DNA from: Squalus acanthias
Lineage: Eukaryota
NCBI GenBank assembly: GCA_030390025.1
Contig: CM059432.1
Location: 149,422,001-149,486,000, forward strand
Length of the DNA stretch: 64,000 nucleotides
Reading direction: 5' to 3'
The notes beneath the pieces were generated by a model that had not been told where the DNA came from, did not search any database, and saw only the letters and a program-made list of their open reading frames with translations. Within the stretch, counting starts at the first letter, position 1, and each line of letters starts with the position of its first letter. Shown one piece after another: positions 36,097-48,223 of the stretch. Position numbers and translations under genes: made by a program.

Positions 36097-36617
36097 GAGT
36101 CCAAGCTCACCGCGAGCCGAGCCCAGGCTCACCGCGAGCCGAGACCAGGCTCACCGCGAGCCGAGACCAGGCTCACCGCGAGCGGAGACCAGGCTCACCG
36201 CGAGCGGAGACCAGGCTCACCGCGAGCGGAGACCAGGCTCTCACCGCGAGCGGAGACCAGGCTCACCGCGAGCCGAGACCAGGCTCACCGCGAGCCGAGA
36301 CCAGGCTCACCGCGAGCGGAGACCAGGCTCACCGCGAGCGGAGACCAGGCTCACCGCGAGCTTGAGACCAGGCTCACCGCGAGCTTGAGACCAGGCTCAC
36401 CGCGAGCTGGAGACCAGGCTCACCGCGAGCTGGAGACCAGGCTCACCGCGAGCTGGAGACCAGGCTCACCGCGAGCGGAGACCAGGCTCACCGCGAGCCG
36501 AGACCAGGCTCACCGCGAGCCGAGACCAGGCTCACCGCGAGCCGAGACCAGGCTCACCGCGAGCCGAGACCAGGCTCACCGCGAGCCGAGACCAGGCTCA
36601 CCGCGAGCCGAGACCAG
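36097..36617. repeat. 22-bp minisatellite GAGACCAGGCTCACCGCGAGCS (~23 units)
   Basis: Period 22 (gagacc at 36141, 36163, ...); abuts a decayed Penelope end at ~36620-36900. Confidence 0.95.
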
Positions 36618-37292
36618 GGCAGAAAATGGTGGAAAAACTCAGCAGGCCAAGGAGCACCTGTGGAGAGATGCTGATGCTTCAGGGATGGACCCTTCATCAG
36701 AACTGGGCGATAAAACAGATGACTAGCATTTCAAAATGAACAGAACTAGGGGAAGGGCACGGGGGAGAGGCCGGTGGGGGCGGGGGGGTGGGTGGCGGTG
36801 GAACAACAAACACAGGTAAAGAAATGGAATGGCCTGTAAAATGATTAAGTGGAAAACAGGAGATGGCTAATTGGCAGAAGAGAATAGGAGGCCTAATGCG
36901 AGAAATCAAAGACAAAAAAGATATATACGCGACACAGTGTGTGATAGGTTAGGGGCTAGGGGATAGGCTGGTGGAAAGGGAAATATGAAAAACTGGCAAC
37001 GTGGAGCATACTTCAGTGGCCAGGAGCCTGGCAGAAGAAAAATTGCGGTGGACACGAATGGTGCGGCACTGTGTTCTGACTGGGGGTCTCCACCCCGAGC
37101 ACCAACTACTGCCCCCCGTTGGAAGGCAACACTTTGGGTTGGGTTGGCCTATCCCTCAAGGCACTAAAAATCAGCCACATACAGGGTGAATTTCCTCTGG
37201 GATTCTGCTGCCCCTCTGGAACGCCGAGGGAAATGCCGATTGTGCGCATAAACGGGATTTACGCTGATGTGACAGTGGAGCAGGAGAAACTC

Positions 37293-37495
37293 CAAGTAAG
37301 TTCACCTCCGGTGAGCCAGTGTCACCCACACCCCAACCACACCCCAACCACACCCCAACAAGTAAGTTCACCTCCGGTGAGCCAGTGTCACCCACACCCC
37401 AACAAGTCAGTTCACCTCCGGTGAGCCAGTGTCACCCACACCCCAACAAGTCAGTTCACCTCCGGTGAGCCAGTGTCGCCCACACCCCAACAAGT
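37293..37495. repeat. 44-bp tandem repeat, 4 units
   Basis: caagtMagttcacctccggtgagccagtgtcacccacaccccaa; period 44 (37403, 37447). Confidence 0.9.
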
Positions 37496-37624
37496 GCAAC
37501 TGTTTGATGCTCAAATTGTTATTTCCCATAAAGCCTGAGACATCTTTTTTCATAATTGTAAAGGTATGGAGGGTCTACAGAAACAGTCCCTACAAGTTAA
37601 ACACAGCAGATTCAGAGTTTAGTT

Positions 37625-38692
37625 TAGAGTAGGGATAAACGGGTCATTTTCAGGTTGGCAGGCTGTAACTAGTGAGGTGCCACAAGGATCAGTGTCGGGG
37701 CCTCAGCTATTCACAATCTATATTAATGACCTAGATGAAGGGACCGAGTGCAACGTATCCAAGTTTGCTGATGATACAAAGCTAGATGGGACAGTAAGCT
37801 GTGAGGAGGACACAAAGAGTCTGCAAAGGGATATCGACAGGTTAAGTGAGTGGCTATTAAGGTGGCAGATGGAGTATAATGTGGGGAAATGTGAGGTTAT
37901 TCACTTTGGTAGGAATAGAAAAACAGAATATTTTTTAAATGGTGAGAAACTATTAAATGTTGGTGTTCAGAGAGTTTCAGGTGTCCTCGTACAGGAAACA
38001 CACAAAGTTAGCATGCAGGTACAGCAAGCAATTAGGGAGGCAAATGGCATGTTGGCCTTTATTGCAAGGGGGTTGGAGTATAAGAGTAAGGAAGTCTTGC
38101 TACAATTGTACAGGGCCTTGGTGAGACCACACCTGGAGTACTGTGCACAGTTCTGGTCTCCTTATCTAAGGAAGGATATACTTGCCTTGGAGGCGGTGCA
38201 ACGAAGGTTCACGAGATTGATTCCTGGGATGAGAGGGCTGTCCTATGATGAGAGATTGAGTAGATTGGGCCTATAGTCGCTGGAGTTTAGAAGAAAAAGA
38301 GGTGATCTCATTGAAACATATAAGATTCTGAGGGGGATTGACAGGGTAGATGGTGAGAGGATGTTTCCCCTGGCTGGAGAGTCTAGAACTAGGGGGCGTG
38401 GTCTCAGAATAAGGGGTCGGCCATTTAAGACTGAAATGAGGAGGAATTTCTTCAGTCAGAGGATTGTGAATCTTTGGAATTCTCTACCCCATAGGGCTAT
38501 TGATGCTGAATTGTTGAGTATATTCAAGGCTAAGATGGATAGATTTTTGGACTCAAGGGAAATCAAGGGATATGGGGATCGGGCGAGAAATTGGAATTGA
38601 GTTTGAAGATCAGCCATGATCTTACTGAATGGCGGAGCAGGTTCGAGGGGCCGAATGGCCGACTCCTGCTCCTAAAACTTATGTTCTTATGT
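37625..38692 (+). mobile_element. 5'-truncated CR1 (RT domain to 3' tail)
   Basis: PQGSVSGPQLFTIYINDL...KFADDTK...LVRPHLEYCAQFW; in-frame stop at 38276; cttatgttcttatgtt tail. Confidence 0.92.
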
Positions 38693-38924
38693 TGACACAT
38701 TAGTGTATCTGACTCACTGTGATCTAATATATGAACTGAATACTGTACACAGTTGTTGAATATTATATTCATTTTACTTGTGAAATACCCACTGTATGCA
38801 ACAGCTTCATGTGAACTAGCCTCTCTTTATCACAACACAATGAAAGATGTACATTTTAATAAGAGCATGAATTGGATGCCATCGTTTGTCATTGATTACA
38901 ATCTGGAAAAACACAAGCACTATT

Positions 38925-39898
38925 AGCCCAGAATTTGCTGGAGTGGGGCATCTCGGGTGAGCACCGTGAGTGGGGCATCTCACGGCGAGCACCGGGAGCG
39001 GGGCATCTTGCGGTGAGCACCGTGAGTGGGGCATCTCACGGTGAGCACCGGGAGCGGGGCATCTCACGGTGAGCACCGGGAGTGGGGCATCTCACGGCGA
39101 GCACCGGGAGTGGGGCATCTCACGGCGAGCACCGGGAGCGGGGCATCTCGCGGCGAGCGGGGCGTCTCGCGGTGAGCACCGTGAGTGGGGCGTCTCGTGG
39201 CGAGCTCCGGGAGCGGGGCATCTCACGGCGAGCACCAGGAGTGGGGCATCTCGCGGTGAGCACCGTGAGTTGGATCTTTTTCCTTATCTTTCAGCTCCAA
39301 TTAATTTTGTGGTACATATTCTGGACAGGACAGGTCCAACAGTCTATCTCCTTAATCAATGAGATTTAAGGATAGAAAAAGAAACAGCAAACGATGGCAA
39401 AGGAATAGGGTGATTTAGGGTTAAATTAGATACAGAAAGGGAAATAACGAGAGGGAAAGAAAGATTGGATTAAGAGAGAGATAAAAAAAAGACCAGAAAG
39501 GAAAAGTAAGAAAAAAATGTAACATTTAAAAGAGCTCTAGGAGCAATTTACTAACTGCCGGAGTGAGATTCCACAGTTTCAATTGTTCCCTTTCTGGGCC
39601 TCCCAGGTTGAGTGGCTTTGCAGGAACATAAACCTTGTCATTAAAAGGGGTCCAACAGGCCGTGAAATAGCAGCCCTAACTTTCTGTGGTGAGTTTAATT
39701 TGTATTTACGGCGCAAATGCAGCAGTTTCTTGAAATTCACGGGGAGACTGACGGCGGAGCGGGGCAAATCGTCCAGCGCGTTGTGGCGATTCGCAACTCG
39801 CGCTGTATCGCTTGCTCGCCGCAAATTGCTGGAGTTTTACACCCTAATAACAGCAGGCGCATTAAACTCGCCGTTGTTTTGACAGCAAATTCTGGCCC
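38925..39898. mobile_element. Harbinger-like MITE containing a 28-bp minisatellite (38940-39270)
   Basis: TIRs agcccagaatttgctg / cagcaaattctggccc with ATT/GTT flanks; unit GAGTGGGGCATCTCACGGYGAGCACCGK, period 28. Confidence 0.7.
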
Positions 39899-39919
39899 GT
39901 TTGTCGTTTTGAGTTGGTT

Positions 39920-40150
39920 GAACATAAGAACATGAGAAATAGGAGCAGGAGTCGGCTACACGGCCCCTCGAGCTTGCTCCGCCACACGGCCCCTCGAGCC
40001 TGCTCCGCCACTCGGCCCCTCGAGCCTGCCTCAAGCCTGCTCCGCCACACGGCCCCTCGAGCCTGCTCCACCACTCAATGAGATCATGGCTGATCATCCG
40101 CCTCAACTGCACTTCCATGCCCCATCTCTGTATCCCTTGATTCCCCTAAA
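39920..40150 (-). mobile_element. CR1 3' end with a short array of the same 26-bp stem-loop unit
   Basis: aacataagaacat tail; cggcccctcgagcctgctccgcca repeated ~4 times. Confidence 0.85.
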
Positions 40151-40399
40151 GTACTGCTGTAGATTGGAGTATGACCCGTCCATCCTGCTGTTTGATGCAA
40201 CACAATTAAGGGTTTGACACTGAGATCAGATCTGCATGGAAAATATGATGATTCATTCAAATTTAAGCTGTACTCGTGAGTTCCTGCGGGTGGAATGTTA
40301 TCTGGAACGCGTCAATCCAAGTAAAATGTGTTTTCCTCCAGCATACCCCTCAAATAAAACTTTTTTCTTTGAATCTATTATCCTTGAACCACTCACTGC

Positions 40400-40413
40400 G
40401 TTGCCCCGGCAAC
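40400..40413. promoter_or_regulatory. RFX X-box GTTGCCCCGGCAAC
   Basis: Palindromic match to GTNRCC(N0-3)RGYAAC, ~1.2 kb upstream of the DCX exon ATG. Confidence 0.45.
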
Positions 40414-41593
40414 AGTTTCAACCATCCACGATTTAAAAAAAAAGCATACACACGATTCCCTCAGACAGGCAATTATATCCCCAGCGAGAGCTGAAGTCCG
40501 GCTGTTTACAAAGTCGTGTTCTGGGAATGAATCAGTGCGGTGGTTGTGCTTTTGCTGGTTGCTGAATGTCGATCAGATTCTCTGCAGGCTATGTGCCAAT
40601 TTTAGTCCAGTAATAACCCCCCAATTCATTCTCGCCCTCAATGAAACAACAACAATAACTTGTATTTATATAGCGCCTTTAACGTAGTAAAACGTCCCAA
40701 GGCGTTGCACAGGAGTATTTTAAGACAACAAATTTGACACCGATCCACGTAAAGATAAATTAGGGCAGGTGACCAAAAGCTTGGTCGAAGAGGTAGGTTT
40801 TAAGCAGTGTCTTAAAGGAGGAAAGAGAGGTAGCGAGGCGGAGTGGTTTAGGGAGGGAATTCCAGAGCTTAGGGCCTAGGCAACAGAAGGCACGGCCACC
40901 GATGGTTGAGCGAAACAATGAAGCTTGAATAAAAGCTTCAAAGTTGGTGACAGCCTTTACAACGCACTTTGCTCGCCGGTGCAGGGGAGCTGTAATCGTT
41001 CCGGGAAGCGACTGCGGAGGAGTCGCTAAATTGCAAATCCAGTTACGGAGCAAGAAAGCTGACTGAGGCTTCAGTGGGCTGCATTAATTCAGCAGGAGAC
41101 TGGCTGACAACTTAGCATAAAACAAATAGAGAACCTGGTGCATCAAAACAGAGGAGAGAGGGGAGGGGAGGGTGTAAGCGATTGGCCGAGAGGCATTTCA
41201 ACCCGATGGCTTTTTTTTTTGGGGTATTAGCAACATTTTGAGGAGGAGGAGGAATATTGTACAGCTGGTAGATCAAAGCAAAGGTGCTTGTGACAAACCA
41301 CAGTGCTGCTCGGACAAGAATACAAAGTATTTTTTTAATACTTTCTGCATTCAAGAAACTATCGATTTTTTTGGATAAACGAATTAACTTCCAATATTTG
41401 ACTGGGACCAGGGCAAAGATTGCAGGTTCAACTGGCAGCCAACACCCCCTTGAAACTTGGGCAAGAGACAGAAAATAAACCCCCCCACACACACACAAAG
41501 TGAGGCTGGAGCATCATTTGGGGAAAGTTGGATTGGAGGAAGGCTGCTGTTTTTGCAGAAGGTGCCCCAGAGGAGCTGAGTGAGTGACGGGCG

Positions 41594-41930
41594 ATGTCCA
41601 GGCTGGGACTCCAGCACTGCGGGGAGCGGCGGCGGCCCCGGCTCGTCACTTTCTACAAGAACGGCGACCGCTATTTTCGGGGCAAGGCGCTGCGCATCAC
41701 GCCGCAGCGCTACCTGTCGCTGGAGGGCTTGCTGGGCGAGCTGAGCCGCTGGATCCCGCTGGCCAGCGGAGTCAGGCGTCTGTACAGCCCGCCGGGGGGC
41801 CGCGCCGTCAGCAGCCTGCAGGAGCTGAGGGACGGCCAGGGCTATGTGTGCGCGGCTTTCGAGCCCTTCTGCAGCCTCAGCTACGGCCAGGGCAACCGGG
41901 AGCGGCCAGGAGCAACACCTCGCACCACAG
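41594..41930 (+). CDS. DCLK3: Doublecortin (DCX) domain exon, probable first coding exon of DCLK3
   Basis: MSRLG...VTFYKNGDRYFRG...LSRWIPLASGVRRLYS...ELRDGQGYVCAAFEPF is a DCX-fold signature; CpG-rich; ACAG|GTGAGG donor (phase 1). It lies directly downstream of TRANK1 on the same strand, as DCLK3 does in human. The DCX call is strong; the symbol comes from synteny. Confidence 0.75.
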
Positions 41931-41937
41931 GTGAGGT

Positions 41938-42155
41938 AGGGTTGGGCTGGGCAGGGCTGGGTTGGGCAGGGCAGGGCTGGGTAGGGCAGGGCTGGGTTGG
42001 GCAGGGCAGGGCAGGGCTGGGTTTGGGCAGGGCTGGGTTGGGTTGGGCAGGGCTGGGCAGGGCTGGGTTGGGTTGGGTAGGGCAGGGCAGGGCTGGGCAG
42101 CATTTGGTTGGGCAGGGTTGCGTTGGGTTGGGCCGGGCTGGGTTGGGCTGGGCAG
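41938..42155 (+). repeat. G-rich pentamer repeat (GGGCA/GGGCT/GGGTT)n
   Basis: About 40 GGG runs immediately after the DCX exon donor. Confidence 0.92.
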
Positions 42156-42336
42156 GAGTGGGCGGATGTCACCCATTTGTCACCAGCACCTTTCGCACCC
42201 ATGTGCAAAAAAAAATGGTTTCGAGGCTCGCGTGTGCCTGCCAACCGCAGACAGGGCAGTGCCCGTACGTTGGCGACCAGACCGTCAGCACCGTTCCCAT
42301 CTCCTCTCCCACCGCCGCCATTCCAATGCCCACCTG

Positions 42337-42803
42337 TGTCAGCTGTGGCTCAGTGGGTAGCACACTCGCCTCGGAGTCAGAAGGTTGTGGGGTCGTATCC
42401 CACTCCACTTGAGCACATAAATCTAGGCTGACACTCCAGTGCAGTGCTGAGGGAGTGCTGCACTGTTGGAGGTGCCGTCTTTCAGATGAGACATTAAACC
42501 GAGGCCCCGTCTGCTCTCTTGGGTGGATGTAAAAGATCCCATGGCACTATTTCGAAGAAGAGCAGGGGAGTTCTCCCCAGTGTCCTGGCCAATATTTATC
42601 CCTCTACCAACATCACTAAAACAGATGATCTGGTCATTATCACATTGCTGTTTGTGGGAGCTTGCTGTGCGCAAATTGGCTGCCACGTTTCCCACATTAC
42701 AGTAGCAACTACACTTCAAAAGTACTTCATTGCCTGTAAAGTGCTTTGAGACGTCCGGTGGTTGTGAAAGGCGCTGGAGAAATGTAAGTCCTTCTTTCTT
42801 TCT
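42337..42803 (+). mobile_element. Deu-domain SINE, full length
   Basis: A/B boxes, Deu core and tctttctttc tail. Confidence 0.88.
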
Positions 42804-45159
42804 AGCAGCAGGATTTTCTCTTGTTCTGCATGTCACCCATTTGTCACCAGCACCTTTCGCAGCATGTGCAAAAAAAATGGTTTTGAGGCTCACGTGTGCC
42901 TGACAACTGCAGACAGGGCAGTGCCTGTACGTTGGCGACCAGACCATCGGCATCGCTCCCATCTCCTCTCCCACCGCCGCCATTCCAGTGCCCACCTCTT
43001 GCCACTCCTAACGATTTGGACACCGCCCGTACACTGGGCAGGATTTTCTGTTGTTTTGCAAGATCAGAAATTGCCCTTGTTGACCGGCAGGACTTGAGAG
43101 CTGGGAGTGAAGCGAAGGGTGGAATTGGGTAAAGAGAGAGCCAGTGTGCACTGGGAAGGAGTGGGGGTGGTGAGCAGTGTCAGCATGAAATGGAGGCTTG
43201 AGTGATGGTGGGGAGGGAAGCAAGCTTCTGTGTCACTGTGACTGTTGAATTGTTCATGCAATTATCAGATTTAGATACAATATAATACTCCACAGTAGCC
43301 TACAATTTCTCCGCAAGAAACAAGGGGAAATTCCCTCAAATAGTCTAGTAGCAGTGGTGCGATGGAAAGCAATCCATCAGATCTGAACTGATTATGGTCC
43401 TATTCTCTCCTACAATTCGGTGTCAGCACAAGCACTTGTCTCCAGCTCAACATAAGCTTCTTTGCAGTGTATCCATATATTCATTGGAAGAAAGAAATAC
43501 AAAACTTCCCAATATTTAAGCAAGGGAAAGCTTGTTTTTTTTTGTGAATTGGCCCATTCAATCTGGATGAGTTTGAAAGAAGAAATTTGTAGGATTTTAA
43601 TTCCGCACAGAACTTGTCCTTATTGGTGTGTGTGTGTGTGTGTAACGTTCCCTCCAATACATTGTTCTTTAATGAGTAAGCAAGTGCCACATATTGTATA
43701 AATTATAAATTATGAAGTCACATCTTCCAGCCAAGCTCTGATGTGTTGTAACTGATATTGGAAGCGAATACTGCCTGATGCTTTCTGCTTCTTTTAAGGT
43801 GGAAGTTAAGGTTGTATTAAAAGCACTGAACTTTTATGTTCTCAACAATATTTACTTTTTGAACAAAAGAAAGGTGCATTTGCATTCTTAAAGTAGGGGG
43901 GAGTAGGATATGGAAAGAGGAAGTGAATTCCAATACCCTTCATAGAAACAGAGAAAAATAGGAGCAGGAGTCGGCCATTCAGCCCTTCGAGCCTGCTCCG
44001 CCATTCAATATGATCATGGCTGATCCTCTATCTCAATACCATATTCCTGCTCTCTCCCCATACCCCTTGATGCCTTTTGTGTCGAGAAATCTATCTATCT
44101 CCTTCTTAAATATATTCAGTGACTTGGCCTCCACAGCCTTCTGTGGTAGAGAATTACACAGGTTCACCACCCTCTGAGTGAAGACATTTCTCCTCATCTC
44201 AGTCCTAAATGTCCTACCCCGTATCCTGAGACTGTGACCCCCTCGTTCTAGACTCCCCCCCCCCAACCAGGGGAAACATCCTCCCTGCATCCAGTCTGTC
44301 TAGCCCTGTTAGAATTTTATACGCTTCAATCCTCGCTGTCAGGATCGATGTGCCTTAGCTACTCCATGAACATTCCTTACAATTGACTTGCCAGACGCCC
44401 TGGGAAACCAGTCCTCAATGTTCCCAACTAGAATGTTATCTGCGTCTAAAGGCATTTTAATCTCCCCCACCCCTTTCTTGGACAGTTAGAGAAATTTATG
44501 CCGAGAAGCAAGTTAGATTAGTCTGTCACCCGGCATTTTGAAAGTAATAAAGATGAAATTCAAATGAAAAAGGAAAACTTGCTTCACGTTATAGGTGTAC
44601 TCGATTTATTTTTACTTTAAAATAATAAATAAATTCCCAAGCACTTTACCACCTGGATCAATGGTTTCTCCTGCCTTGGGTATTATGGTCTGTTAAGGGA
44701 TGCCATATTTTTATTTCATTGTGTTAATATTATACTGTGATTGAACTTGTGTTGGCACATCAGAAAATCACGATGTTTTAACTTACATTCAAAGCAGACA
44801 AAAGATCAGAAGCGAGTGAGCATTTTGAGTTTGGTTCAGATTAAGTATCTATAGTAAATATTCATAAAAGGCAGTATTATTCACTTTAATATCCTGCTAT
44901 AAATATTGAACATTGCTCTTTATTGCACCTGTTTTGAGCATGCACGCAGTCTTTTATTTCAGATCCAGCATTGGCAAAACAGGCCTTTGTTTTTGTCCAA
45001 ATTCCATCTTTCAGAATTAATGAGCAGCCACTCTTGAAACGGCCCCTTTTTTATTTCTTCCTATGATGTGATTCCTGTTATCGAGCCCCCAACACCGAGG
45101 AGCAAGGTGGCTGTTGTGTGTATTGTTGCCTCCCCGTCATTCATTTTAATAACAATAGG

Positions 45160-48100
45160 ACTACATAGTTATTTGAAAGTTCTCTATCTGAATGCACGTA
45201 GCATTCGTAACAAAATAGACGAGTTAATGGCACAAATAACTACATATGGTTATGATATTGTGGCCATTACAGAAACATGGCTGCAGGGTGACAATGCCTG
45301 GGAATTAAACATACCAGGTTATTTAACGATCAGGAAGGACAGGCAGGAAGGAAGGGGAGGTGGGGTGGCTATGTTAATAAAGGAAGGAATCACTGTAATA
45401 CAGAGTAATGATATTGGGTCAAAAAATCATGATAATGAAACAGTTTGGGTGGAGATAAGGAATAATAAGGGGAAAAAAACATTAGTGGGCGTAGTCTATA
45501 GGCCTCCGAACAGTTGCAACTCTATTGGACGGAGTATCAATCAGGAAATAGTTGAGGCATGTAATAAGGGAACATCTATAATTATGGGGGATTTTAACTA
45601 TCATATTAATTGGACAAATCAAATGGGGCAGGGCTGCCTTGAGGATGAGTTCATTGAGTGTATTAGGGATGGGTTTCTTGAGCAGTATGTAACTGAACCG
45701 ACCAGGGGGCAAGCAACCTTAGATCTGGTCCTGTGTAACGAGACAGGATTAATTAAAAATGTCCTAGTAAAGGATCCCCTTGGAATGAGTGACCATAACA
45801 TGGTTGAATTCCATATTCAATTAGAGGGTGAGAAGGTTGGATCTCAAACAAGCGTGCTAAGCTTGAATAAAGGAGACTATGAAGGTATGCGAGCGGAATT
45901 GAGTAGAGTGGATTGGGAAAATAGATTAAAGGGTAAGACGACACATGATCAGTGGTGTACATTCAAGGAGTTATTTTACAACTTCCAAAAAAAATATATT
46001 CCACTGAAAAGAAAAGGGTGTAAAAGAAAGGACAGTCATCCGTGGCTAAGTAAAGAAATTAAGGATAGTATTCGACTAAAAACAAGGGCATATAAGGTAG
46101 CGAAATCTAGTGGGAGGACAGAGGATTGGGAAAACTTTAAAAGGCAGCAAAAAATAACAAAAAGATTGATTAAGAAAGGGAAGATAGATTATGAAAGTAA
46201 ATTAGCAAAAAATATAAAAACAGATAGTAAGAGTTTTTATAGTTATATAAAAAGAAAAAGGGTGGCTAAAGTAAATGTTGGTCCCTTAGAGGATGAGACC
46301 GGGAAATTAATGGTGGGAAATATGGAGATGGCAAAAACACTGAATGAATATTTTGTATCAGTCTTTACAGTAGAGGACACTAAGAATATCCCAACACTGG
46401 ACAAACAGGGGGCTATAGGGGGAGAGGAGCTAAACACGATCAAAATCACTAAGGAAGTGGTACTCGGTAAAATAATGGGACTCAAGGCGGATAAATCACC
46501 TGGACCTGATGGCTTACATCCTAGAGTCTTGAAGGAAGTGGCGGTAGGGATTGTAGATGCATTGGTAATAATTTTTCAAAACTCCCTGGATTCCGCTAAG
46601 GTCCCGGCAGACTGGAAAACTGCTAATGTAACACCCTTATTTAAAAAGGGCAGTAGACAGAAGGCTGGTAACTATAGACCGGTTAGCCTAACATCTGTGG
46701 TAGGTAAAATTTTGGAGTCCATTATTAAGGAAACAGTAACAGGACATTTGGATAATCATAATTTAATAGGACAAAGTCAGCATGGTTTTACGAAGGGGAA
46801 GTCATGTTTGACAAATTTGCTGGAGTTCTTTGAGGAAGTAACATATAGAGTGGATAAAGGGGAACCAGTGGACGTAGTGTATTTAGACTTCCAAAAGGCA
46901 TTTGACAAGGTGCCACACAAAAGATTATTGATTAAGGTAAAAAATCACGGGATTGGGGGTAATATTCTGGCATGGATAGAGGATTGGCTATCTAACAGAA
47001 AGCAAAGAGTTGGGATAAATGGTTCATTCTCAGACTGGCAATCAGTAACTAGTGGTGTTCCACAGGGGTCAGTGCTGGGTCCCCAACTCTTCACAATCTA
47101 TATTAACGATTTGGAGGAAGGGACCAAGTGTAACATATCAAAATTTGCAGATGATACAAAGATGGGAGGGAAAGTAGTGAATGAGGAGGACATAAAAAAC
47201 CTGCAAGGGGACATAGACAGGCTAAGTAAGTGGGCAGAGATTTGGCAGATGGAATACAACACTGGAAAGTGTGAGGTGATGCACTTTGGCAGGAAAAATC
47301 CTAGAGCAATTTATTATCTTAATGGCAAGAAACTGGAGAGTACTGAAGTGCAAAGGGATCTGGGGGTCCTGGTGCACGAAACTCAAAAGGTTAGTATGCA
47401 GGTGCAGCAAGTGATTAAGAAGGCAAATGGAATGTTGGCTTTCATTGCTAGGGGGATAGAATATAAAAATAGGGAGGTATTGCTTCAGTTGTACAAGGTA
47501 TTGGTGAGACCGCACCTGGAATACTGCATACAGTTTTGGTGTCCTTACTTAAGGAAAGACATCCTTGCTCTCGAGGCAGTGCAAAAAAGGTTCACTCGGT
47601 TAATCCCGGGGATGAGGGGGTGGTCATATGAGGAGAGGTTGGGTAGATTGGGACTCTACTCATTGGAGTTCAGAAGAATGAGAGGCGATCTTATTGAAAC
47701 ATATAAGATTGTGAAGGGGTTGGATCGGGTGGATGCGGGGAGGATGTTCCCGATGACGGGTGAGACGAGAACTAGGGGACATAGTCTTAGAATAAGGGGC
47801 TGCTCTTTCAAAACTGAGATGAGGAGGAACTACTTCACTCAGAGGGTGGTAGGTCCATGGAATATGCTGCCACAAAAAGCTGTAGAAGCTACAACATTAA
47901 TTAAATTTAAAACAGAAATAGACAGTTTCCTAGAAGTAAAGGGCATTAAGGGTTACTGGGAGCGGGCAGGAATTTGGACATGAGTCTAGGTTCGGATCGG
48001 TCATGGCCCTGTGGTTAGTGGAGCGGGCCCAGGGACTGTGTAGCCTGATTCTGCTCCTATTTCGTGTGTGCAATTCTGTTAGATGCAGGAGATGGTTCTG

Positions 48101-48223
48101 TGATAGATTGTAGATTGGCGGTTAGGATCAGATCAGCCATGATCTTATTGAATGGCGGAGCAGGCTCGAGGGGCCGATTGGCCTACTCCTGCTCCTATTT
48201 CTTATGTTCTTATGTTCTTATGT
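45160..48223 (+). mobile_element. CR1 LINE with uninterrupted ORF2 (APE + RT) and 3' UTR, (TATGTTCT)n tail
   Basis: ORF 45068-47983 (971 aa): LYLNARSIRNK, ITETW, YRPPN, GDFN, SDH, KSPGPDG, YLDFQKAFDKVPH, GVPQGSVLGP, KFADD; no ORF1 seen upstream. Confidence 0.96.

Noticed and set aside
41931..42412. Continuation of the 272-aa DCX ORF beyond 41930
   Set aside because: Read-through of a strong splice donor into a G-rich repeat and a SINE.
42337..42420. tRNA genes at SINE heads
   Set aside because: A/B boxes are followed by Deu-SINE body and tail; no independent cloverleaf gene.
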